Assembly (NCBI GenBank): GCA_964418245.1 | Contig: CAYQKW010000005.1 | Location: 1-61,358, forward strand | Reading direction: 5' to 3' | DNA: 61,358 bases | DNA from: an uncultured Oscillospiraceae bacterium | GTDB lineage: Bacteria; Bacillota; Clostridia; RUG12999 | Part shown: positions 39,345 to 48,506 of the stretch, one piece after another | Layout of the letters: each line of letters begins with the position of its first letter | Position numbering within the stretch: position 1 is the stretch's first letter | The notes under the pieces: model-generated | The model's database searches: none | What the model saw: only the letters and a program-made list of their open reading frames with translations | What the model was told of the DNA's origin: nothing | Translations under genes and position numbers: made by a program

Positions 39345-40133
39345 TTAAACCATATGTATAATTTTTCTCGGACATTTTTCCGCACATTTTCCGCAGCCCA
39401 TACATTTTGTAATATCTATTTTGGCAAGATTGTTTTCTACTGTTACGGCATCAAACTCACATGCCTTTTCGCACATTCTGCAACCGATACAGCCCGTTGT
39501 GCAACTTTCTTTCATATCCGAACCTTTGTCTTTTGAACTGCACACAACCATATATTTTACTTCTTTTGGTATGATTTCTATAATTTTTTTGGGGCATATA
39601 TCCGCACATTTTCCGCAGCCGCCGCATTTATCTTCATCGACAACCGCAATACCGTTTTCTATGCGTAATGCTCCGAAATCACAAACTTTAACGCAGCTGC
39701 CAATTCCGAGGCAGCCGTATGCACAGCTTTTCGGTCCTCCGCCGAGTTTCATTGCCGCCGCACAGCTTTCCGGTCCCTTATAATTATATCTTGCCGGTGA
39801 ATTATCACAGTTTCCGTCGCATTTTATGTGCGCCGTTTTTCTGACAAATTCATTTTTAACACCCATTATGCCGGATACTTTCTCGGCACAAACATCTCCG
39901 CCGACGGCACACGACGACGGATTTGCTTTTCCGCTGACAACCGCCTGCGCAAAAGCACTGCACCCCGAAAATCCGCATCCGCCGCAGTTTGCACACGGCA
40001 ATACTTCCATTATTTTTTGTATACGTTCATCTTTTTTTACTTCAAATATCTTCGAGGCAACACCGAGAACAATGCCGAATATAAGCCCCAATGCTCCCAG
40101 TATTACCGCCGCTGTCAATATTTCTTTAATCAC
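39345..40133 (-). CDS. rnfB: Rnf complex subunit B (polyferredoxin)
   Basis: N-terminal transmembrane helix, CANCGGCGFSGC, and several CxxCxxCxxxCP motifs. Confidence 0.85.
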   Translation of the reverse strand: MIKEILTAAVILGALGLIFGIVLGVASKIFEVKKDERIQKIMEVLPCANCGGCGFSGCSAFAQAVVSGKANPSSCAVGGDVCAEKVSGIMGVKNEFVRKTAHIKCDGNCDNSPARYNYKGPESCAAAMKLGGGPKSCAYGCLGIGSCVKVCDFGALRIENGIAVVDEDKCGGCGKCADICPKKIIEIIPKEVKYMVVCSSKDKGSDMKESCTTGCIGCRMCEKACEFDAVTVENNLAKIDITKCMGCGKCAEKCPRKIIHMV

Positions 40134-40151
40134 AGAACTTCCTCCTTTTCA

Positions 40152-40742
40152 TCATAACAGCTTCATTCCCTGAAAACCGAAAAATGCCAGAGAGATAAGC
40201 GATGCGGAAATCAGCGCAAGCGGAAAACCTTTCATAAATTCCGGAATATCGCTGTCTTCAAGACGTTCACGAACACCGGCGAAAAGCACAATCGCAAGCG
40301 TAAATCCAAGTGCCGCACCAACGGCATATACTATTGAATAACCAAAATTATATCCGTTTGTCTGGTTAAGGATTGTCACTCCCAATACGGCACAGTTTGT
40401 GGTTATAAGCGGCAGATATACACCGAGTGCATCGTAAAGTGCCGGCATTTTTTTCATCAACGCCATTTCAACAAACTGAACAAGTGCCGCTATAACAAGA
40501 ATGAAAGCTATTGTCTGCATATATTCAATATGAAAAGGTTCGAGCAGAAATCTTTGCACAAGCCACGTCATGGCAGAAGCAAGTGCCATTACAAAAGTTA
40601 CGGCAAGCCCCATTCCGACAGCGGTTTTGATTTTTTTTGATACACCGAGAAACGGACATATGCCCATGAACTTTACAAGCACGAAATTTTCCGTTAAAAT
40701 CGCCGTAAGCGATATGGCAAAAACTTTTGCGATTATACTCAT
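40152..40742 (-). CDS. rnfA: Rnf complex subunit A
   Basis: 196-aa membrane protein in the expected operon position. Confidence 0.8.
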   Translation of the reverse strand: MSIIAKVFAISLTAILTENFVLVKFMGICPFLGVSKKIKTAVGMGLAVTFVMALASAMTWLVQRFLLEPFHIEYMQTIAFILVIAALVQFVEMALMKKMPALYDALGVYLPLITTNCAVLGVTILNQTNGYNFGYSIVYAVGAALGFTLAIVLFAGVRERLEDSDIPEFMKGFPLALISASLISLAFFGFQGMKLL

Positions 40743-41365
40743 TGCTCATTACCGCCTTTCTTTTTTGCTCTGTATATATTCATTGCCGCGATTATAAGCC
40801 CAAGCGTTAAAAAACCACCCGGCGGCAACATCATGATTATCGCACCGTTATAATTCGGACCGAAAAGGCTTATTCCGCCTATCGAACCCATCGCAAGAAT
40901 TTCTCTTATACTTCCTATAACAGAAAGTGCAAGTGTAAACCCAAGTCCCATGCCAAGTCCGTCAAGCGCGGAAAGAAACACGTTGTTTTTTGAAGCAAAT
41001 GCTTCTGCGCGCGCAAGAATTATGCAGTTTACAACTATAAGCGGAATAAACACTCCCAAGCTTTTATTAAGCGACGGTAAATATGCTTTAAGCAGCATCT
41101 GCACAATTGTTACAAACCCGGCTATGATTATTATGTATGACGCAATTCTTATTTTTTCCGGAATAATTTTACGAAGTGCGGAAATTACCATATTTGAGAA
41201 AAACAGCACAAACGTTGCCGCCAAGCCCATGCCCGCCGCACTTTTGAGCGAAGTTGTCGTTGCCAGTGTCGGACACATTCCGAGCAACATAACAAAAACC
41301 GGATTTTCTTTTATTATACCGTTTAAAAATACGTTCAAAGGCTTTTTAGTTTCCATTGTCAGCAC
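40739..41365 (-). CDS. rnfE: Rnf complex subunit E
   Basis: 208-aa membrane paralogue of RnfA, with a 4-nt overlap. Confidence 0.8.
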   Translation of the reverse strand: MLTMETKKPLNVFLNGIIKENPVFVMLLGMCPTLATTTSLKSAAGMGLAATFVLFFSNMVISALRKIIPEKIRIASYIIIIAGFVTIVQMLLKAYLPSLNKSLGVFIPLIVVNCIILARAEAFASKNNVFLSALDGLGMGLGFTLALSVIGSIREILAMGSIGGISLFGPNYNGAIIMMLPPGGFLTLGLIIAAMNIYRAKKKGGNEQ

Positions 41366-41888
41366 CTCCGTTCAATTTTTCGGCCGCTTCAAGTGCTTTG
41401 TTTACAGCCTCTGTTACGGCACGCGATGTTATTGTTGCACCGCTTATTGTTTCAATTTGTCCGCCGTCTTTTGATACGGCAAGTTTACCTGATTTGCCTT
41501 TATATTGAGAGATAAAACTTTCCTCCGATGCCCGTGCTCCGAGCCCGGGTGTTTCGTCCATATCCGTTATGGATACGCCCTCAACTTTACCGTCTTTTAT
41601 CCCGACAATAACGGTTATGTCTCCGCCGTATCCGGCGGCCGAGGTTTTTATGCACACACCGATTTTTTCCCCGTCTTTTAATGCATCATACGCAATAGGC
41701 TCTTTTGAATCAATTGATTTAAAATCGTCTGCCGACGGCATAACAACCTTAAGTGCCGCCACTTCATCGGCTTTTGTACGTTTTTCTATAACATCTGCCG
41801 TTGCCGTATTTACAATTGAAAGCAGTAAAGCGATACATAGTGCGATACCGCCGAGTATACCGCCGAGTTTCAATGATTCTTTATCCAT
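41346..41888 (-). CDS. rnfG: Rnf complex subunit G (FMN-binding)
   Basis: SGATITSRAV flavinylation motif. Confidence 0.8.
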   Translation of the reverse strand: MDKESLKLGGILGGIALCIALLLSIVNTATADVIEKRTKADEVAALKVVMPSADDFKSIDSKEPIAYDALKDGEKIGVCIKTSAAGYGGDITVIVGIKDGKVEGVSITDMDETPGLGARASEESFISQYKGKSGKLAVSKDGGQIETISGATITSRAVTEAVNKALEAAEKLNGGADNGN

Positions 41889-42884
41889 TTATGCCGCCTC
41901 CTTTGATTTTTTCTTATGACCGAACGGCGTCGGGCGTGTGAATCTGTCTATAAGCGGTGATGCTATATTCATAATAAGGATTGAATACGACACACCCTCC
42001 GGATACCCCCCGGCAAGCCTTATCGCCGTTGTTATTATTCCGCAACCTATCCCCATAATCACCTGACCTTTTGCCGTTACCGGAGATGTGGTATAATCGG
42101 TTGCCATGAAAAACGCACCGAGAATAAGTCCTCCGGAGAATATGCTGTAAATTGTTACGGTAAGTGCTTCCGACGGATTTTTCCCACCCCCGAAAATGAA
42201 TGTAAGTACCGCTACAGTGGCTATAAATGCCGCCGGCGTCCTGTATGAGATAACTTTTCTTATCATAAGATATATGCCGCCGATAATCAAAAGTACACTT
42301 GATGTTTCGCCGATACAGCCGCCTATGTTGCCGATAAACACATCTAAAATAGGCGGCAAATCTTCAAGATTTCCGGATTTTATAATTGCCAGCGGCGTTG
42401 CCGTTGAAACGCTGTCCAATCCAAACGGCGACGATGAAATCCACGAAGTCATATTTTTTGCCCAGCCGGCAAGCAAAAATGCCCTGCCGGCAAGTGCCGG
42501 GTTTACAAAATTTCCGCCGAGCCCTCCGAACAGCTGTTTTACTATTACTATTGAAAAGAATGCTCCTATCGCGACAATCCACAAAGGAAGCCCCGCCGGC
42601 AGATTATACGCAAGCAAAAGACCCGTTATAACCGCCGTAAAATCGTTTAACGAATTGGGTTTATGCATAATTTTGTTCCACATATATTCAAAAAACATAC
42701 AGCATATAACCGATACTGCTATAACCGAAAAAGCACCCTCGCCAAAATTGTATATTCCGGCAATGCCTGCCGGTATCAACGCAAGTACAACATCAAACAT
42801 TATGCTCTGCGTTGTGTTTTTCGATGATATATGCGGTGACGACGTCACAATTGTTTCAAGTTTCATTTTTATCCCCTCTTTCAT
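41889..42884 (-). CDS. rnfD: Rnf complex subunit D
   Basis: 331-aa polytopic protein with an ATGA overlap with rnfC. Confidence 0.8.
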   Translation of the reverse strand: MKEGIKMKLETIVTSSPHISSKNTTQSIMFDVVLALIPAGIAGIYNFGEGAFSVIAVSVICCMFFEYMWNKIMHKPNSLNDFTAVITGLLLAYNLPAGLPLWIVAIGAFFSIVIVKQLFGGLGGNFVNPALAGRAFLLAGWAKNMTSWISSSPFGLDSVSTATPLAIIKSGNLEDLPPILDVFIGNIGGCIGETSSVLLIIGGIYLMIRKVISYRTPAAFIATVAVLTFIFGGGKNPSEALTVTIYSIFSGGLILGAFFMATDYTTSPVTAKGQVIMGIGCGIITTAIRLAGGYPEGVSYSILIMNIASPLIDRFTRPTPFGHKKKSKEAA

Positions 42885-44197
42885 TTATTATGCAGCATCG
42901 CCGCCGATTTTGCAAGCCTGATGTTTTCAACAAGGTATCGTCCGGACGGGCAGATGAACGAGCAACTGCCGCATTCTATGCAATCCCTTGCCGAAAATTC
43001 AACCGCCTTTTCAACATCATTCGTTCTGCCGGCTTTGGCAAGTTCAAGCGGCATTAAGTTCATCGGACAAACTTCAACGCATTTTCCGCATCTCAAGCAA
43101 GGACCTTCTTCATATTTTCTCACTTCGCCGCGGCTCAGCGCAAGAATACCGGATGTTGTTTTTATAACAGGCACCTCGGTTTCAAAAAGTGCCGTTCCCA
43201 TCATAGGTCCTCCCATTATAAGCTTGCGCGCATTTCCGTTCAGTCCGCCGGCTTCTTCAATCAATTCCGATACAAGCATACCCACCGGAACTTCAAACAC
43301 TCCCGGCCACGAAATGCCCTCGCCGGCAACGGTCAAACGTCTGGTAACAGCCGGTTCACCGTTTGTAACGGCATTTGCAACGGCAATACAGGTATCAATA
43401 TTGTTCACAATAACACCAACATCAACCGGAAGCCCCCCCGACGGCACTTCACGGTCAAGAATTGATTTTATAATATGTTTTTCGCTCCCCTGCGGATATT
43501 TTGTTTTCATTACCGAAAGATTTATGTTCGTTTCGGACGCTATTTTTTCCGTGAGAATATGTTCCGCATCACGCTTGTTGTCTTCGATGGCTATTATCGC
43601 CTTTTCGGCACCGGATGCTTTCATGATTGCTTTTATTCCGAATATGATTTTATCGGGATATGTAACCATTGAACGATGGTCACCGGAAAGGTATGGTTCA
43701 CATTCCGCGCCGTTTATTATGACATATTCGGCTTTTTTATTCTTCGGAACATTCATTTTTATATGTGCCGGAAAGCCGGCGCCGCCCATGCCTACAATCC
43801 CGGCTTCGCGAACAATTTCGATAATTTCCTCCGGGCTGAGTTCATCAAGACTTTTATGCGGTTTAAGACTCTCATCTTTTATATAGTTTCCGTCACTTTC
43901 GATTATAACCGTTGTGACTTTGCCGCCGTTCGGATGCAAGCATTTTTTCACATCGGTAACCGTGCCCGATACGCTTGAATGCACCGGAGACGAAACAAAA
44001 GCCCCACTGTCTCCGATTTTTTGATACATTTTTACATAATCGCCTTTTTTGACAAGCGGTTCGCACACAGCACCTATATGCTGTTGCAGCGGTATATATA
44101 CCGATTTTTTCGGAGTGAGCTTTTTGATTTTTGCGTCACACGTTTTTTCTTTGTTGTAAGGAGGATGAATCCCTCCTTTAAATGTTATAAGCGGCAT
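42881..44197 (-). CDS. rnfC: Rnf complex subunit C
   Basis: MPLITFKGGIHPP, GMGGAGFP, and two CxxCxxCxxxCP clusters. Confidence 0.9.
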   Translation of the reverse strand: MPLITFKGGIHPPYNKEKTCDAKIKKLTPKKSVYIPLQQHIGAVCEPLVKKGDYVKMYQKIGDSGAFVSSPVHSSVSGTVTDVKKCLHPNGGKVTTVIIESDGNYIKDESLKPHKSLDELSPEEIIEIVREAGIVGMGGAGFPAHIKMNVPKNKKAEYVIINGAECEPYLSGDHRSMVTYPDKIIFGIKAIMKASGAEKAIIAIEDNKRDAEHILTEKIASETNINLSVMKTKYPQGSEKHIIKSILDREVPSGGLPVDVGVIVNNIDTCIAVANAVTNGEPAVTRRLTVAGEGISWPGVFEVPVGMLVSELIEEAGGLNGNARKLIMGGPMMGTALFETEVPVIKTTSGILALSRGEVRKYEEGPCLRCGKCVEVCPMNLMPLELAKAGRTNDVEKAVEFSARDCIECGSCSFICPSGRYLVENIRLAKSAAMLHNK

Positions 44198-44310
44198 ATA
44201 TATTCTTCATTCCTTTCTGTTTAATTTATTTATCACAATATAATTATACAACAATTAAAAGAAATTTACAATACCTTTTATGAAAAAATATTAATTTATT
44301 TAATCCGGCG

Positions 44311-44327
44311 AGCTTTTGCGAAACAAG
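44311..44327 (+). repeat. Left copy of the 17-bp direct repeat agcttttgcgaaacaag
   Basis: Identical to 46117..46133. The similarity continues as (c)ttaaaa. Confidence 0.85.
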
Positions 44328-44619
44328 CTTAAAACGGCAATCCCTAATAAGATAGTAATATTGTTTTCGGCAAACGGTATTGTTTGTTCTATGCCGGTTA
44401 AATCATAGCAAATATCAATTTATTGTATTCGTTTCCCGTCAATGATTTGCAGTATGTGAATATACATACGCTTTACCGTATCATTCAAAACTTTCGGTGT
44501 CAATTTTTACAAATCAAAACTTCCTGACAACTCCACATATAATAAATACTTGAATTTGCAATTTGGCAACCTTTTTGAGAAAATTTTTCCGTCAAAACGG
44601 ATAATTTTTTTAATATCAC

Positions 44620-44648
44620 TTGACTTTATTCGCCCCGTCGAATATAAT
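44620..44648 (+). promoter_or_regulatory. Consensus promoter TTGACT-17-TATAAT for the HTH/methyltransferase cassette
   Basis: ttgact at 44620..44625 and tataat at 44643..44648. Confidence 0.6.
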
Positions 44649-44681
44649 ATATAGTAAGTAATTATAAATGGAGTGAATTTT

Positions 44682-44873
44682 ATGGACTTTATTACTGCAA
44701 ATCAAGCTGCACAAAAATGGGGAATATCTCAAAGGCGAGTGCAGATTCTTTGTGCTGAAGGACGAATAGAGGGTGTTTTTAAATTGGGAGAAGCATGGGC
44801 TATCCCGGCGAATGCTTTAAAGCCGCAAGATTCAAGATTTAAACAAGAACAAAAGGAGTTACAAAAGCAATGA
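44682..44873 (+). CDS. Small helix-turn-helix DNA-binding protein (excisionase/MerR-like HTH)
   Basis: MDFITANQAAQKWGISQRRVQILCAEGRIEGVFKLGEAWAIP. The ATG at 44682 lies 8 nt after GGAG. Confidence 0.65.
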   Translation: MDFITANQAAQKWGISQRRVQILCAEGRIEGVFKLGEAWAIPANALKPQDSRFKQEQKELQKQ

Positions 44874-45073
44874 ATGTAATAGATTTATTTTGCGGTTGCG
44901 GAGGATTGTCATACGGATTTGAAAAAGAGGAAAAGAAACTGTATATATTACAAGACCCTGTTAGGCTGTATAAAAATGATTTGATAGATATGTCAATTAA
45001 GGATGGTGCTGAAATAACATTTTATCCGCAGAAATCCGGTAATTATGAGGAGTTATTAGTATGGACAAATTAA
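44870..45073 (+). pseudogene. Chimeric 67-aa ORF: the first 19 aa are an m5C-methyltransferase motif I, the rest is unrelated
   Basis: MNVIDLFCGCGGLSYGFEK (motif I) is followed by sequence with no other methyltransferase motifs. Confidence 0.5.
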
Positions 45074-46023
45074 AAGTAGCATCTCTTTTTTGTGGTTGTG
45101 GCGGTACAGATGTGGGTTTATTAGGTGGATTTGACTTTCTTGGAAAGCACTACTCAAAGAACAAAATTGATATTGTTTATGCAAATGATATTGATGATAA
45201 TGCCTGCAACATATTTAAAGAGAATTTCAACATAACCCCCGACAACAGAGATATTAAGGAAGTTTCATCAAACGATATTCCCGATTTTGATATTCTTACA
45301 GGAGGTTTTCCCTGTCAGTCTTTTTCTATAGTGGCTCAAAATCCTAAAAGATTAGGTGTGAAAGATGACAGGGGAAAACTATTTTTTGAAATGTGTCGAA
45401 TATTAAAAGACAGACAGCCAAAATGTTTTATTGCGGAAAATGTAAAAGGAATTTTAACAGCTAACAACAGAAGTGCTTTCCCTTTAATAATCAAAGAATT
45501 TGAAGATTGCGGTTATGATGTCAAGTACGACATTTTAAATTCGGCCGATTTTGGAGTTCCGCAAAAAAGTGAGCGTGTTATCATCGTTGGATTCAGAAAA
45601 AATTTAAATGTTAAGTTTGAGTTCCCTAAAGCGGAAATTATTGAAGAAAATGACTACACTCCACTAAAAACTGTCATTGAAAATGATGTTGACGAAAAAT
45701 ATTATTTCAGCCAAAAAGCAGTTGACGGTATGATGAAAAAAAGAGCAACTATGAACAAAGGTCGGGCACAGGATATCGAAAAACCCTGTAACACCGTTGG
45801 AGCACATTTGGCAAAAGTTTCCTTGAACAGTACAGACCCTGTTTTAATGGTTAAAGGAAGATACAGACGATTTACTCCCCGTGAGGTCGCAAGAATACAG
45901 TCATTTCCCGAAAATTTTAAACTTGTCGGAAGTGAAACTGCACAATACAGGGCATTGGGAAATGCAATACCGCCAATAATGTTTTGGTATGTTACAAATG
46001 CGGTAATGGAACATTTGAAATAA
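45061..46023 (+). CDS. DNA (cytosine-5)-methyltransferase
   Basis: Motif I FCGCGG, motif IV GGFPCQSFS, motif VI ENVKG and motif X QYRALGNAIPP. Confidence 0.9.
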   Translation: MDKLKVASLFCGCGGTDVGLLGGFDFLGKHYSKNKIDIVYANDIDDNACNIFKENFNITPDNRDIKEVSSNDIPDFDILTGGFPCQSFSIVAQNPKRLGVKDDRGKLFFEMCRILKDRQPKCFIAENVKGILTANNRSAFPLIIKEFEDCGYDVKYDILNSADFGVPQKSERVIIVGFRKNLNVKFEFPKAEIIEENDYTPLKTVIENDVDEKYYFSQKAVDGMMKKRATMNKGRAQDIEKPCNTVGAHLAKVSLNSTDPVLMVKGRYRRFTPREVARIQSFPENFKLVGSETAQYRALGNAIPPIMFWYVTNAVMEHLK

Positions 46024-46116
46024 ATTTGACTGCATTGTTTATATAATCTCGGTTAATCAATTACTGTTTTATTGATGACCTTCAAAACCAGGTGTTCTTT
46101 ATTGTATTTCAAATAT

Positions 46117-46133
46117 AGCTTTTGCGAAACAAG
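46117..46133 (+). repeat. Right copy of the 17-bp direct repeat agcttttgcgaaacaag
   Basis: Identical to 44311..44327, 1806 bp away. Confidence 0.85.
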
Positions 46134-46278
46134 TTAAAAAAAATCGTTTAATTTTTAAAAAAACTTTATCAAAACAGAAAACGCGTGGACTTTTTTTGTA
46201 TAAAACGTAAAAAAAACAAAATTAATGATGTTCATGTTTCAAATTTTTTATGTTTTGCACAAAAAACTTGAAAACAAG

Positions 46279-46307
46279 TTGACTAAATGACAAATATATT
46301 ATATAAT
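46279..46307 (+). promoter_or_regulatory. Promoter TTGACT-17-TATAAT upstream of ptsH
   Basis: ttgact at 46279..46284 and tataat at 46302..46307. Confidence 0.55.
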
Positions 46308-46428
46308 ATATATATTGCTATTAAAATATTGTATATTAAATTGCGGTTTGCTTGAATATTCTCTTTCAAGCGAGCGGCAGAGGTTTGTCTAATACTTAAT
46401 TTTGATATTACGGTGGGGGAGCGAAAGT

Positions 46429-46692
46429 ATGTATTCCAGAGAGATAGTTGTAAAAAATCAAGTAGGGCTTCATGCAAGACCGGCTACTTTTTTTATACAG
46501 AAAGCAAATTGTTACGAGTCGGGGATTTGGATTGAAAAAGAAGAACGCAGAGTGAATGCAAAAAGCTTGCTCGGTGTATTGTCCATGGGAATCACCCAGG
46601 GAACATCGGTTACAATCATGGCAAACGGGTCCGACGAAAAAGATGCGGTAGACTGCCTTGTGAAGCTCATCAAATCAAACTTTGCCGAATAA
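46429..46692 (+). CDS. ptsH: Phosphocarrier protein HPr
   Basis: GLHARPA (His15) and NAKSLLGVL (Ser46). The start is at MYSREI. Confidence 0.9.
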   Translation: MYSREIVVKNQVGLHARPATFFIQKANCYESGIWIEKEERRVNAKSLLGVLSMGITQGTSVTIMANGSDEKDAVDCLVKLIKSNFAE

Positions 46693-46791
46693 ATCAGATA
46701 ACCGAAATTGCACGGCATTTTCGGCGGTTGTTTTCGGTTTGATTATCACAAACGCAGAAATATTAAACGTCATAAATTCATATGAGTGTTG

Positions 46792-46825
46792 CGGCGGTCT
46801 GCAAACAAAGCAGACTGCCGTTTTT
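46792..46825 (+). terminator. Intrinsic terminator downstream of ptsH
   Basis: cggcggtctgc / gcagactgccg (one G-U pair) followed by ttttt. It lies inside the over-extended track ORF 46782... Confidence 0.65.
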
Positions 46826-46934
46826 CACAGAAACATCTGCAAAACGGGACGTAAAAAAATGCAAAATACGTCCTTGTTTTAAACTTGATATTGTTATATA
46901 CTTAAATTATACCATAATTATGAGGAGGATAACT

Positions 46935-48194
46935 ATGTACGATACGAAAAAAGGATTTGAAATTGCGAAAGAAATTTATTCGCAGTATGGTATTGACGTT
47001 GAAGAAGCGATAAAAATCTGCGATACAACACCAATATCAATGCATTGCTGGCAGGGGGACGACGTTTCGGGATTTGAACAGAAAGACGGTGGGCTGACCG
47101 GCGGTATACAGGCAACGGGCAATTATCCCGGCAAAGCAAGAACTCCCGAAGAATTGAGAGCCGACATAGAAACGGCAATGAAGTATATCCCCGGCGAGAA
47201 AAAAATAAACATTCATGCAAATTATGCGGAATCCGACAAATTTATCGACAGAAACGAAATAGAACCCGAAAATTTCAAAAACTGGGCAGACTGGGCTGTT
47301 AACAAAAAACTCGGAATAGATTTCAATCCCACATATTTTTCGCACCCGAAAAGCGACAACGGAACACTTTCGTGTGCGGACGAAGATGTTAGAAAATTTT
47401 GGATTGAGCACGGTATCAGATGCCGTAAAATAGGTGAATATTTTTATAACAGAACCGGAAAAACCTGTGTTATAAACCACTGGACACCCGACGGCGATAA
47501 AGAAGTTCCGGCAGATACGCTTGCTCCGCGTTTAAGGCTTAAAGACAGTTACGATAAAATTTTTGAAGCAACAAAAGATGTAAAAGGCGTTATGGACGGC
47601 ATAGAATCAAAAGTATTCGGTATAGGTGCCGAAAGCTTTACGGCAGGGTCTCACGAATTTTGCATGGGATATGTATTAAACAAAAACAGCGACCACATAA
47701 TAATGACGCTTGATACCGGGCATTATCACCCGACAGAAGTTGTATCGGCAAAACTTGCATCGATATATGCATTCTCAAAAAATGTACTTCTTCACGTTTC
47801 TCGTCCCGTTCGTTGGGACAGCGACCATGTTGTTGCGTTTGACGATGAAACACGTGCAATTATGGAGGAACTTGTGAAAATCGGCAAACTCGGCGACACT
47901 TTCATCGCAACGGATTTCTTTGATGCGTCTATCAACCGTATCGCCGCTTGGGTTATCGGTTTGAGAAACACAAGAAAAGCATTGCTTGCCGCATTGCTTA
48001 TGCCGCACGATAAAATTCAAGCAGCCGAGAATGCCGGAGACGTTAGCGGCAGACTTGCCCTCACGCAAGAAGCACGTGCATTGCCTTTCTCGCTTGTGTG
48101 GGATTATTACTGCGATACAAAAGGCTGCGGCGTGGGTGCGGACTGGATTGCCGAAGTTAAAGAATATGAGAAAAATATATTGTCAAAAAGATGA
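46935..48194 (+). CDS. rhaA: L-rhamnose isomerase
   Basis: 419 aa from the ATG after GAGGAGGA. The N-terminus is MYDTKKGFEIAKEIYSQYGIDVEEAIK..ISMHCWQGDDV. Confidence 0.75.
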   Translation: MYDTKKGFEIAKEIYSQYGIDVEEAIKICDTTPISMHCWQGDDVSGFEQKDGGLTGGIQATGNYPGKARTPEELRADIETAMKYIPGEKKINIHANYAESDKFIDRNEIEPENFKNWADWAVNKKLGIDFNPTYFSHPKSDNGTLSCADEDVRKFWIEHGIRCRKIGEYFYNRTGKTCVINHWTPDGDKEVPADTLAPRLRLKDSYDKIFEATKDVKGVMDGIESKVFGIGAESFTAGSHEFCMGYVLNKNSDHIIMTLDTGHYHPTEVVSAKLASIYAFSKNVLLHVSRPVRWDSDHVVAFDDETRAIMEELVKIGKLGDTFIATDFFDASINRIAAWVIGLRNTRKALLAALLMPHDKIQAAENAGDVSGRLALTQEARALPFSLVWDYYCDTKGCGVGADWIAEVKEYEKNILSKR

Positions 48195-48388
48195 TTGAAG
48201 ATAAAAAATGTTTAAACTGTGAGTTTGCAAAGCCAATCTTTTTAATGGGTGATGTTGTGTGCCGATATGAAGGTATTGTGAACGGAAACGACATCTGCGA
48301 AAAATATCGGCTCAATATGTTCGATATTTCAAAGCACCTCAAACGAAAAAAGAAAACTTTCACCGCAGACGATTTCAGCCTTGATTGA
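48191..48388 (+). CDS. 65-aa Cys-containing hypothetical protein, translationally coupled to rhaA
   Basis: ATGA overlap with the rhaA stop. CLNC..C..C pattern. No family recognised. Confidence 0.4.
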   Translation: MIEDKKCLNCEFAKPIFLMGDVVCRYEGIVNGNDICEKYRLNMFDISKHLKRKKKTFTADDFSLD

Positions 48389-48402
48389 GTGCTTTGTTCG
48401 AT

Positions 48403-48433
48403 TCTGGCGGACGATACCGTCCGCCAGATTTTC
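48403..48433 (+). terminator. Intrinsic terminator
   Basis: tctggcggacg / cgtccgccaga (11 bp) followed by tttt. Confidence 0.75.
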
Positions 48434-48506
48434 AAAAATACTCAGCTGTATCTTGTTCCGAAGCGGCACAGTGTTAAGTTTTTGCTATACGAAAGGACGA
48501 TTTTCC

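Noticed and set aside
43433-43439. The C7 tract inside rnfC as a second phase-variation site
   Set aside because: The gene is intact and in frame, the tract is shorter, and rnfC is a core energy-conservation gene. There is no evidence of switching.
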